A DNA stretch of 63,748 nucleotides, filler included, from Hausera hauseri (Eukaryota), in NCBI GenBank assembly GCA_046269625.1. It is 11 parts of 11 records of this genome, joined end to end, with 100 filler letters (N's around TTAATTAATTAA, not from the genome) between each part and the next. Parts side by side here need not be neighbours in the genome. Positions count along the whole stretch, not along the records: positions 52,216 to 59,607 come from JBJURY010017676.1; positions 59,708 to 63,748 come from JBJURY010800312.1; 9 more parts are not named here. One strand, 5' to 3'. This document shows, one piece after another, positions 52,960-63,748 of the stretch. Every line of letters starts with the position of its first letter. Position 1 is the first letter of the stretch. Under the pieces are notes generated by a model. The model worked only from the letters and a program-made list of their open reading frames with translations, ran no database searches and was not told the DNA's origin. Position numbers and translations under genes: made by a program.

Positions 52960-55900
52960 CTTGTCATCGTTGAATGACAAAGCAACCTTTTTATTTGTGA
53001 TGGTATACAGCTGGTGCTAAATCGATCGTATGGTCGTTTGAGACACAACATCCTTTCCTCCTTCTCTATTTTTTCCGTCTTCTTGTCAATCACGGCGGTA
53101 ATAACAGTGAATTATTTCTGTCTGTTTCAGCTGGATGCCGTTTGCCCGCATTTTCGGCCCACAGTCCGTCAGCAAACTGTAATACTTTGGGCGCAAAAAT
53201 ATCCATTACCTGTATTGAACCGGGCCTTCTCTTTCGTCCTTGAAGCAGCCGATTTTGTTTGTTATCGCGCTGCTGTACAGTGGATGGTCCGAAGGGTAGT
53301 TGAACGTGTCCAGTAGTCCATCTGACATCATTTATCGGAGCAGCTGGTCTCGATTAATGTTTTTCAGTTCAAGGAAGAAGCTGCCTGTGTCACCGGCAAC
53401 GATACTAATCTCACAGCTGCCGCCGCCGCCGACAATTTGCCGGTAACGTGCCAAGTCGCGATATTGGAGCTCGTACATTCGCAACTTGCTCAGATCCAAT
53501 ACCACTTGTTCGATGTAGCTCGGCCGGTCCAGTACGACTTCCTCCTGGTTTAGAAGCACGGAGACCAATCCATCGGCATTGTGCATTGACCGCCTGAACT
53601 GAGCTTTGATGGTTATGTAACCAGTCGTTTTTCGTTGTTGCACAGGCGCACATTGAGCCGCTTCTTCAGATTTTCCACTGTTTTCCCGTCCAGTGAATTG
53701 TTCTTGAGCTTGTAATAGTTCTTTTCAAACTTTGCACAAGCTGCATCTTGTTTCCAGAATTTCCATCGGCGCCTGATTGAAGCGAATTTCACGATGCAGC
53801 TGTGTGACGCGTACACCGAGCTGCATGTAAAACTGCAGTAGATGCCAATGAACCACGTAATTCGATTTGGGTTCATGCGTCATGAGTAGTTTCTTTACTT
53901 TTGAGCCGCCGGGTGGACATTGGCTAATTGGTGCGACCGGCAGTTCATCCAGAAAGTCATACAGCTCATCCAGTACCACGAGATCAACTTCCATTAGGTA
54001 GCCGACTGAGCTGCTTTCTGTAGTGTTTGCTGAACAGACTGTCCAGCAATGTCCAGTTCTTGTTTGTCCATTATCCATTCAAACAAACCGTACGGCGAGG
54101 GTTGCGAAAGCGCCCAGCCGTACAGGTTATTAATATCAACGTACAATATTGACGTTGTATCATCGCTGGTTACGTGATGCTTGTTGACAAATGTCATGCC
54201 GCCTCGAATACCAACGTCAAACAGTCGATACATTTGCAGGTCTTGTAGCAACTCAATGTCCCGATCCAGTGACATTAGTGCCGATGCCCAACTCATTCCC
54301 GGTATTGAGTAAAAGTTGAACGGTTCCAACCTATCTTCCTACAAAGCTTTAACCCGAAATGTCTAAAACACCGGCTAATAGGCACACATCGATCTTTAGA
54401 TACTGAAGCATGTAGTCCAACATGTTTCTACAACCGAGCTCTGTCCAAGATTCCTGTGGTCTTTGATATTCATCTTCTGTGATAACTGTCCATCGCAGCG
54501 GTAATTCCTCTCTTGTTCGGAGTCGCTTATATAACACGGCAAAGTCATACGGGAATATGCCTTTGCTGCGTGCAATATGTGTGGGGAACTGCGTTAGTGT
54601 TAGCAGCATATCCGACAAGGCATTTACGAGCTTTTCTAGAGACTCAATGAAAAACTGCAATGAGTCAAGAAACTGTATCTGAAACCGGTTTATGCGTGCC
54701 GATAGGGACAGGTACTTCTCCATCGTTGTTGGGTTTGTGGATAGCTCCCTGTGCGGAAATCCATTTATGGCCCATTTCAGAATATGATGACAGTCATAAC
54801 TCCTGAAGTGATCCGGTACTAGCCGCTCTGGGAATATTTTGTGGTGGCACAGGTAACATTCATCGGTGGCTACAAACGTCAGGCGTTCATTTTCATCCGT
54901 CCAAATCAGGGGTTTTGTGCTGTTATTGCGATAAGATGGTGCGATTTCCTTTTCTACTATCGTTTCCAAACACTGCAGGAAATCATGCGCACAGGTCCAG
55001 CCGTGAAAGGCGTAATACTGCGGCTGACCGACCGCTATTATTGGGACAGTCAACATATCAACGGCGATTGGAACGTGTTTTTGATCATACACGTTGTGTT
55101 GTAGTAGAATTGCCTCAATATCGGCATATACTACATATGCCGGACTGTCTGTTTTTAACCAATCCGTAAACCTGAGTTACTTTTTGACGGGAATGACATA
55201 CATGTTTCTACCGTGATATTTTCGACCTGAATCCATGCAGACATACAGGACACCATTTACAATTTATACGCTTTTTGATGAGTAGATGGTGATACATGAT
55301 AAGTAGTCTGTGCAAGTTTCTTAGTGCCACGTAATTAAATTTATCTGCTTGCTCCAGTAACAATAAATTTACTACTGAGTGACCACTTGGGTTCCAACTT
55401 CAATAGAGTATATCTACATGAGGGTTTTTGTAAATTTCGTCATGCGCCGGTATTTCTACGACTGTGTTGTACCGAACACGTTGATTGTCAGTGTCGGATT
55501 ATGTCGTTAGAAAGCCGGAATGGATTTCCGTTTTATCGGAATCCAGCTTTCATCGAAATCCAATTCAGAAAAATATTTCTCATACCGTTTTGGAGTAGAT
55601 GCTCTATGTCTGTCCACTTCGTCATATTTCAATACCGCCAGAATACTGTAAAGAAAACAGCATTTATCGTTAGTATTTTTTACATTCACTAGCGCCAGAG
55701 ACTGCTTCAGAGCTGCAGGTGTCAGTATGAATGATCGTCCAGACAAATATATCACATCACACGACTTTGTTAGGATAAAGCCGAGAGTGACATTTAGTAT
55801 AATTCGCCATCCACTACCCTTTTCGATGTAGTTGACGATTTTCTCCTCGAACTTTTAGCCTAAGTCGTCAACAAAATCTTCAGAATACGGTACGGCTCGA

Positions 55901-56085
55901 TGTGACAGGTACCACTGTTTCCTGCCACCTTCCAAATTTTCAAATTCTGCAAGTGCATAATATTGCACTTTGGAGTAGTGTTGTTGGAATTTGGCCACCT
56001 CTATTTCCAATCGGTTACTCACATGAGTGGGTACATCCTTCAATTGCGTTGCTGTTTTCGCCATCATATCCACCTTCATGTCCAT
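52960..56085 (-). pseudogene. polB: Protein-primed DNA polymerase B of a Polinton/Maverick (adintovirus-like)
   Basis: VNVKNTNDKCCFLYSILA; YDCHHI; FLDSLQF; KGIFPYD; YLKIDV; GIRGG..YVDINNLYGWA; YYKLKNNSLDGKTVEN; GDTGSFF; KVALSFNDDK. Confidence 0.93.
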
Positions 56086-56584
56086 GTACGATCTGTTCAG
56101 GTCGTATTTGACTGTAATGTTGGGAATATTGGCCTTCTGTTCTTCTTATTGATGCTGTTCCTGATGCTTCTGCTGCTACTGCTGTTGCTGGGTACTGTTT
56201 CTGATTAAGTTGTCAAGACTTGTTGAAGCCTGATGTTTCCTACTGGTTGTTGTTGTTGTTGTTGTTGTTGAGGGGATGATGCAGCTGATGTTGCCGCTGT
56301 TGTTGTCCATAAATATTTGTTTCTCCGACCGCTTAAACTGGTTTAAGTGGTCCTTGTGCAAATTATAGAACTGTTCGTAGTTGATTTGATCATCATCAAC
56401 TATAGAACAACAACCTGTACAAACATAGGCTTATATATTATATATATATAGACTTATTGATACTTTAAATTAAAATAAATACTACTTCTATGGTGGGGTG
56501 GGATAATGGTGGTGGTAGTGGTCTAAGGGCGACTATACATATTCAGCACCCAATGTCACTCAAGTAAAACAAACAGACAGACAG

Positions 56585-56860
56585 ATGGAAGAGTACATGG
56601 AAAGTGAGATTCAGAGATTGACCGATGATATTTTGACCGGCTATGGGTTTGATATTCAGTACCTATGTGAGCTGTCAAAAACGAGAATCATGAGCAGGCG
56701 AGAATATATTGAATTGATAATCAGATCTCTGTTCGTAAAACGTATCGAGGATAGAATCAGACGAAAACGACAACAACAACGACTTATTAATTTCCTTATT
56801 GGACTTGTATTTACTGCTTCGCTTTGTATTGTAATGAAAAAGTTGATTGACGGTATTTAA
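56585..56860 (+). CDS. Small hypothetical protein with C-terminal hydrophobic segment (Polinton-associated)
   Basis: Clean 91-aa ATG ORF divergent from pPolB; LINFLIGLVFTASLCIV. Confidence 0.45.
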   Translation: MEEYMESEIQRLTDDILTGYGFDIQYLCELSKTRIMSRREYIELIIRSLFVKRIEDRIRRKRQQQRLINFLIGLVFTASLCIVMKKLIDGI

Positions 56861-57040
56861 CCGCACACATAAATATGAAATTCGCTACGTATTTGTTATT
56901 TTATTGTGTGTGTGTTCAAGCTACATTGCAGTATAAATACTTGTGCTTCTTTCTTCTTCTCCTCCTAAGATTATACAATTTTTAACTTGACGACACAACT
57001 CATTAGCTTATACCACTAATTCGACGGTCTCCGGAACCAT

Positions 57041-57448
57041 ATGTACAATCTCGATCGACCTTTGGACCATGCTCGATATTTGCCTCCAGAAGAGCTACTT
57101 CTACTTGCGGAGCAGATTTGGAGGGCACGACAACCCTACATACGCCGTATGAAGCAGGTTGTTGGTGATATGGAATTTTTATTCCGTAAGATTTTTTGCA
57201 CATTTGGTGGAAAAATGACGACGACGACGACGTTGGACGATAATAATAATCCTCGTCAAGCACATCAATTTATGACCGATTTTGTCAAACGTAGTGGTAG
57301 TAGTGAAACGGATTACATTCCTACGTGGCAGTCAACAGATGAAATTTTCTTGAAGCAATATTGCAATATGATTAATTCCGACAGTCTCGATCATTCTTCT
57401 TCTTCTCCGGAATTGGTTAATCCTTGTGGTTTGTGTAATCCGAATTGA
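57041..57448 (+). CDS. Small hypothetical protein (Polinton-associated)
   Basis: 135-aa ORF with upstream TATAAA (~56932) and downstream AATAAA (~57492). Confidence 0.5.
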   Translation: MYNLDRPLDHARYLPPEELLLLAEQIWRARQPYIRRMKQVVGDMEFLFRKIFCTFGGKMTTTTTLDDNNNPRQAHQFMTDFVKRSGSSETDYIPTWQSTDEIFLKQYCNMINSDSLDHSSSSPELVNPCGLCNPN

Positions 57449-58064
57449 CTCGAAAGATTTAGTAGTAATAGTAATTGTACAATATAACAAGAATAAAAGT
57501 TTGATGTGAACTTTTGCTTTCTCATTACTCAGAAAGAGGTAGGTGGGAAAAGGTGTTGTCCAAAAACTAGGTCACACGAAAAAGTTATAGGCAGGGAAAT
57601 GGTGGGTAAATTAAATAAAAAGAAATTTAATAATAATGTTAAAATTATTACTAATATAAAAATTATTAAAATAAGAATAAAAATAAACTAACATTTATTT
57701 CCTGTTGTCGCAAATTTTCGACGAAATGACGATACACTAAGTGCAGTGGTATTTTATTATTTGTTAGTGTGTGTTGGTATTACTTTACTGACAAGTACTG
57801 TTGACTTTGTGAAAACAGTGACTCCCAAAATAAAACCACATCTAACCAAATGTCCATTATTTCGACACACTGCCCTTTACACCAATAGTAATAGAACGAA
57901 TCATGAAACTAAGTACAAAATTTCCATTAATATGAGCTTTTGGATACACTTACACGCTTTGCATTACAACTCATTATTTCGTTTTGCATGCAGGCATGTC
58001 TGGCGCATAACGTACACTTGTTTCACGTCACGCCTCACCATTGCACGTGTCAACTCGTCGTATC

Positions 58065-58725
58065 CCGGCTTTGTCTTCTGCGACATGCAAAACCGACCGC
58101 ACCACTGAACTCGCCGTTGTCCATGTGATCACAAACCGGTCATTTACCGGCGCTAACATCAATGGATCCATTGAAATTTACCTGCGTTTCCATTGGCGCC
58201 ACATTTTCTTCTCTTTGACCGACTTCCCCACTTTTCCCAAACATGCGAACCCCATGCTTCCCACATCATTAAAACGCCCATACTCAACTCTACATTTTTT
58301 CCTATCCATCCTTGCTCAAATTCTGCTTCAGCAAAAAGTTCGTTTTTTCTTTTGCATTTCGCGGATTTGTCTTTTGCGACGCGCAAAAACCGACCGCGCC
58401 ACTGAATTTATCGCTATCGATTTGACCACAAACCGTTCATTTACCGGCGCTAACATCAATGGATCCATTGAAATTCACCTGCGTTTCCATTGGCGCCACA
58501 TTTTCTTCTCTTTGACCGACTTTCCCGCTTTTACTAGACAAGCAAACTCCATGTATCCTACATCATTCGAACGCCCGTACTCTGCTCTACACTTTCTCCT
58601 ATCCATCCCTGCTCAAATTTTGTTTCTGGAAAAGTTCGTTTTTTTTTTCTTTTGTATTTCCCGGCTTTGTCTTTTGCGACACAGGAAATCCGACCTCACC
58701 ACTGAACTCGCCGTTGTCGAATTGA
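58065..58725. repeat. Tandem ~300-bp direct repeat (~2.2 units)
   Basis: TTTACCGGCGCTAACATCAATGGATCCATTGAAATT at 58143 and ~58441; unit start motif CGG(C/A)TTTGTC seen three times. Confidence 0.9.
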
Positions 58726-58839
58726 CCAATCAGCATGCGAGCCGCTTGTGTTTGGTCAATTGGTGCGTGGATGGACCCCTCCCCAGCTGGTGTAGAACTC
58801 TCTTTCTTCCGCTACTATATGATTTTGACATAGACTTTT

Positions 58840-59377
58840 AACAATGCGTTTTTTAGGTTCGTTTGTTCGTTCGGTTGCCATTTTCACCCGGATCCTTTCG
58901 TCTGATCGTGAGGCGGCTACAATATGAAATTCTCAACTACTGATGGGCTATGTGCTCAACCCATTTCCATCACCGTTTGACTTGTGTAAGTGAAATTTTC
59001 TCCGTTTGAAATTTTCCCATAGATTTTTCCCATGTTGTCATGGCCTGATTGAGTTGCTACCGTGTCTATTGGATTCGCCAACATCGATTTATCCTTTATA
59101 CACATTGTCTTCGTGCTACAACATGTTTCGCGTTACACGTGAGCATTTTCTGTTTTGCTTCTTCCTCTTCTAGCGCTTCTTCCTTACATTTCTGTAAGTC
59201 TCACCGCCATTAACTTTTGTTCAGCTCGTCGTGCTCTACCGATTTGAGTCGGTCCGATGTCAAAAGCTTCTTGCCGCAGGGGGAGGGTCGGGAGAAAATT
59301 TTCGAAATGCTCGAAATAGCCAATCAGGCGGGGAAACTGGTCAACTGGACAATCAGAGAAGTGCGGTGGAATGCTCA
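58840..59377. repeat. Third full unit of the CCAAT-box repeat element, interrupting the capsid gene
   Basis: Colinear with 3610-4131; ends ..GTGCGGTGGAATGCTCA directly against capsid coding sequence. Confidence 0.85.
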
Positions 59378-59607
59378 CTTCCTCCTATTGACAACCTTAG
59401 ATTTCCTAATTGCATTCTGCTTTTCATGTCCCAATCGATGTCCCACTAAAACTGACTGTTCCACGTTTAAACGTCGAACTAATAATTTGATTTCCGGTTT
59501 TATCGTCTTGGTAGCAGCATCAGTACCAGTTGGTGCAACATATTTTAAAATGGCGTCACTCGGATTTCTTGTTAATTTTATATTGACATTAACACCCGGA
59601 ATCAAAT
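59378..59607 (-). pseudogene. Polinton major capsid protein fragment
   Basis: IPGVNVNIKLTRN..ILKY..IKLLVRRLNVEQSVLVGHRLG fits the Polinton MCP pattern; same contig as pPolB. Confidence 0.7.
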
Positions 59608-59707
59608 NNNNNNNNNNNNNNNNNNNNNNNNNNNNNNNNNNNNNNNNNNNNTTAATTAATTAANNNNNNNNNNNNNNNNNNNNNNNNNNNNNNNNNNNNN
59701 NNNNNNN

Positions 59708-62700
59708 TCGTCATTCATATACACTGTTTTGCCAAAAATCAAATTAATCTGATGAGCATCCTTAAGCAGAGCTTCAAAATGAAATCCTGATTCTTTCTTA
59801 TTTGTACGTTATTTGCAAAATTCTCAAGGCGGGGAATCGGGCCCAACTATGTATCCGATGCGACGACAACGGACGCCGGGCCGTGCCCAACCAAATGGGC
59901 CAAAGGGAACCGGCCGCTGTGGGCACCACATCACCCCCCCCCCCGTGGCAAAGTGAAAGCTATAAAGATCAAAATAGACGGAAAGAAACAATCGCTAAAC
60001 GAAAAAGTGTATCTGTCAATTGGTCTTAGTGTGGACAAGACGTTGAGTGCCTTCTACTGATTTTTCCCTGATATACTTGCTAAATGTGACTCTGCGTGTT
60101 TTGTCTTTATGCTGTGTGTTTGCCTGCAGAGGTTGAAGTTATGGAAAGAAATTGTCAGATTTTGTTGTAAGTGTGTGTCGTAAAAAGACGAGTCAAAATA
60201 AAGAGAAGAAGAAGGTGAAGGAGGAATAGAGATTGTTGAAGACAGATGGTTAAAGGTATTTAAGAGAGTGTTAGAAGACGAAGGAATAATAAAAGGTATA
60301 GTGGCTGATGAAGGAAGAGAGATGAATATTGGAATAGAAGTTGGAATTGTATTAGGCAAAAGAGTGGAAGTGGAAGATAAAACAGAGGTAGTGATAGAGA
60401 GAGGAAGAGAAATAGAAATAGAGGTAGAGAGAGGAGGAAGTTGCGAAGCTGAAATGAAAGGAGTAAAAAACGATGTGTAAGGAGAGAGGGAGGAAGCAAG
60501 CGCCGAAGATTAGGAAGGTGTGGAAGGAGAAAGAGAGAGAGGGAAAACGGCGAAGAGGCACAAAACGGAAGAGAGCAAGAAGATGGAGAGATTGGTGAAG
60601 TCGAAGTGGTGTTTGGCGGAGGCGGTATTGTAAGAGGAGAATGCAAGTTATCACAAGGGGATGGAGGTGTTAAAAGGCTTGAGGGTGCAAAATCGGGTGG
60701 GGAAAAAGGGGATGAACTGTCAGAAAAATTGAAGTAAAAGACTTGGGAGAAAACATAGGGGAAAGTGGGTTAAAGAATTGAGCAAAGATGGGAGGTGAAT
60801 TTTTGAATTGCTGTGCGTCGTGTAAAGATGTTGGTGGAGAAATTGGTTCGATGGGACCCGTATCGTCAATGAAGAAAGCCGGCTTAGCGTTGTTGATGTG
60901 GACTGTTGCTTTTTTGTCGTCCTTGAGAATGATGATGTTGTGAGAGTGTAAACGAATTACTTTGTAAGGACCAACATACTGAGGTTGAAAACCACACGGC
61001 GTCTGATTCCTTAGTCATACGAACTTGGCAGTATATAAATCGTCGGGTATGTATGGCTAATTTCCGTGTAATATTCTACAAAATAAGTCTTGGCTAATTT
61101 CAACGAAGTGTCTCTGGGCCGCTTGTATGGTTTGGTCTGTAGGAATATTGTCCAGCTCAGTCAGCTCGAATAATGGTCTGATAGAAGTACCAAATAATGC
61201 TTCTGCAGAAGAGTAGCCTGTAAAAGTAGATGGTGTATTCCGCCAGCCAATCAGAACGTACGGAAGGAGTGTAGTCCAACTGCGATTGGACTCAGCAGGG
61301 ACTTTGAGACATGTTTTTATCGTTCGGTAAAAGCATTCGAGAAGGCCATTCGATTGAAGATGATATGGTGACTTGTGAATGTGGTTAATTCCCAGTCGAC
61401 TGACAAGAGCTTTAAACAGGTTGAATTCGAACTGTGGGCCTTGGTCCGAAATGATGTGGCGAGGTGATCCAAACCTGCTGATCCAAGTGCGGATAAAAAC
61501 GTCTGCGATGGTTTCTGTGTTAGTGCTCCGAAGCGGGACAGCCTCTGGCCATCGCGAGGAACGGTCCATCATTGTGAGGATGAACTGATGGCCGTTGTCT
61601 AAGGGTAGTGGGCCTACAAGGTCAATGTGAACAGATTCAAAGCGAGATGTGCAAGGAAAATGAAATGGTGGTGGCTTTAAGTGCTTAGTGACTTTGTATT
61701 TTTGGCATGCCAAACACTGCCTAACTCATGCCTGCACGTTAGAGCGCATCGACGGCCATACTACTTGGTGTTGTAAGATTCGAAAAGTAGCCTTGGCACC
61801 AGGATGATGCAACGAATGGATGTTGTTGAATGCTTCTTTTTGAAGCGATTCAGAAAGGATGACTTTAGGATTATTATGTTTGGAGGTATCAAAGGCCACA
61901 CCGTCGATGGTTTTGCAGGATTTAAAAGATTTAAGGATGTTAGGATGTGGCTGGTTTTGTTGAAGTTTGGATTGAGGGAAAATTGGTGTAAATTCAATCG
62001 AGCTGACCGATCGGGACAAAAAGCCAGCTACTAAATTTTCGACTCCGTTTCGATGCTTAATTTCAAAATTAAATGTGGAAAAATACGATATTTGCCTCTC
62101 CTGACGTGGAGAAGGCGATTTCATGGTGCGAATTTGAAGCAAGGACTTGTGGTCCGTTTGTATTGTAAAGGTTCGTGTGTGTAGTGGATGCTTAAAGTGT
62201 TTTAGGCCAAGGACCATTGCAAGCAACTCTCTGTCAAAGGTGGAATATCTTTGCTTTTGTGCCGTGAATTTTCAAGAAAAGAATTCTAATGGCTCATGAG
62301 ATCCATTTTTGACTTAGTGGAGGACAGCACCTGCAGCTGCTGTGGATGCATCCGTGGTTAAGAAGAGTTCTGCATGGAAGCGGGATAGGCCAGGATTTCC
62401 ACGGATTTTAGATTACCTTTAAGGTGATCGAAAGCGTTGACTAGCTTGGCGGTCCATTGAATAGGTTGTTTTTTTCTTGCCAGAGCTTAGTGATGCAAAT
62501 GGAGCGGTTAGAGTGGAGCAGTGTGGAAATTACTTATGAATAAAGTGCAAGGTTTCGAGGAAAGAACGCATCTATGTTGATGTACATGGTAGCTGTATGT
62601 TTTTGAGCTGTGTGATGTGCTCGGGCTGAAGTGAATGTCCGGAGGAGCTAATAACATGTCCTAGGAAGCTGACTTTATGTTGAAAAAAGAGCATTGGAGA

Positions 62701-63300
62701 AATGAATTTGCAAGTTGTTTTGGTGCAATCGCTGGAATATTAAACGTAAGTGCTCGGAGTGTTGTTTCGAGGAAGATGATGCAATTACGATATCATCGAT
62801 ATAGGGATAAGCAAAGTTTAAACCTGAGAGAACTGTATCAATATGCTTTGGAAGATCTGAGAAGCGCTCCAGAGTCCAAAAGGCACAAAAATGTATTCGA
62901 AAAGGCCGAAAGGTCTAATGACAGCCGTTTTCGGAATGTCTCCTGGAGCCAACGAAATTTGGTGGTATGTTAGTGCAAGTCAATGCAGGAAAAAATGGTC
63001 GAACCATGGAGCCTGTGAAGGATATCGTTGATTAATGGTAGATAGTATGCATCCACTGTTGTTATGATGTTGAGTTGGCGATAATCACCGCACGGGCGAA
63101 AAGTACCATCTTTTTTGGAACTACATGTAGGGGTGAAGACCAGGAGGATTTGGATCTTCTGATTATTCCTGATTTTTCCAGTTAGAGAAACGCATCCTCC
63201 ACTGCCTGTTTGCGGCGAGGCGATAGCGGATGGACTTTTGACATATTGGTCTTTGATGCGCTATTGCTATGTGATGAAAGGTGGATTAATGTGGTACGAA
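59708..63300 (-). mobile_element. Decayed Gypsy family A copy: RT-RH-IN, PPT (59934-59944), 3' LTR (59930 leftward)
   Basis: DGTFRPCGDYRQLN; TTDAS; RELLAMV..IQTDHK; HIDLVGPLP..SDQGPQF..SNGLLE; GPY module; G-run then TGTGG. Confidence 0.92.
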
Positions 63301-63748
63301 TGATATGTCTTTTTGCAACAGACGCGTGCATGAAGACGAGATATATTTCTGTAAGTCAGAGGGCAACGATGAAAACTTCTCATGCGGTGTTGACGCATCG
63401 TGAATGGATGAAGTTGAGGTATGAGTTGTAGACGAGGTGTTGTGACAAGGTGGTATTAGGTGCAGGATGATCATGTTTAAGATGGTGTTGGCAGCTGTAC
63501 TATCAGTAATAGGTACCATGCAGTTGACAATATCGTATTTGGTGCCGTAATAAAAAATTCTATATTATGAATAATTATAGAAATAATTCAAATCGGAAGT
63601 CGTTTACTTTAGTATTGACTTTCTGGACGCAATCACCGGCGTGGTCACCGAAATGCTGCTAATTTGATTACAATTATTTCCGCTCTTTAAGGAACATCGT
63701 TTGCAGTCTACAAGTAAATTATAGTGGGACAGAAAGTCTGAACCCAAT

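Noticed and set aside
59745-59800. Hammerhead ribozyme (CTGATGAG..GAAA); similar partial motifs at ~20745-20770 and ~24930-24960
   Set aside because: Helix II and the flanking helices cannot be paired convincingly
60054-60654. Overlapping Ser/Pro/Leu-rich ORFs
   Set aside because: Low-complexity purine/pyrimidine-skewed tail of the Gypsy integrase region

Overview
Not a contiguous locus: 11 short, AT-rich eukaryotic contigs joined by artificial 100-nt N spacers carrying TTAATTAATTAA. Most contigs are decayed mobile DNA from an invertebrate; a fish-associated parasite such as a flatworm is my inference from ~40-nt introns plus one teleost-like contig. The mobile DNA includes ordinary Ty3/Gypsy, BEL/Pao, Penelope, LINE, mariner, IS630/Tc1 and hAT-like remnants, a Polinton (pPolB plus capsid fragment) and an endogenous CRESS-DNA-virus-like Rep locus with spliced genes. 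The highlight is an unusual enveloped Ty3/Gypsy lineage seen in three divergent copies (7480-14884, 16029-19439, 30150-34072). Its composite polyprotein reads [Bcl-2-like domain]-signal peptide-chuvirus/gB-like fusion glycoprotein-TM-tail-protease-RT-RNaseH-integrase-signal peptide-3 FN3-like domains-TM. The fusogen therefore lies upstream of and in frame with Pol, no Gag lies between them, and a second surface protein follows integrase. Other items: an intact, intronless gene with a catalytically dead ISG20/REX-like exonuclease fold, a mosaic of host gene fragments (PP2A-B56, dynein heavy chain, ankyrin), a headcase-like pseudogene, and a ~570-bp CCAAT-box repeat element. All family assignments are by eye from motifs; no searches were run.
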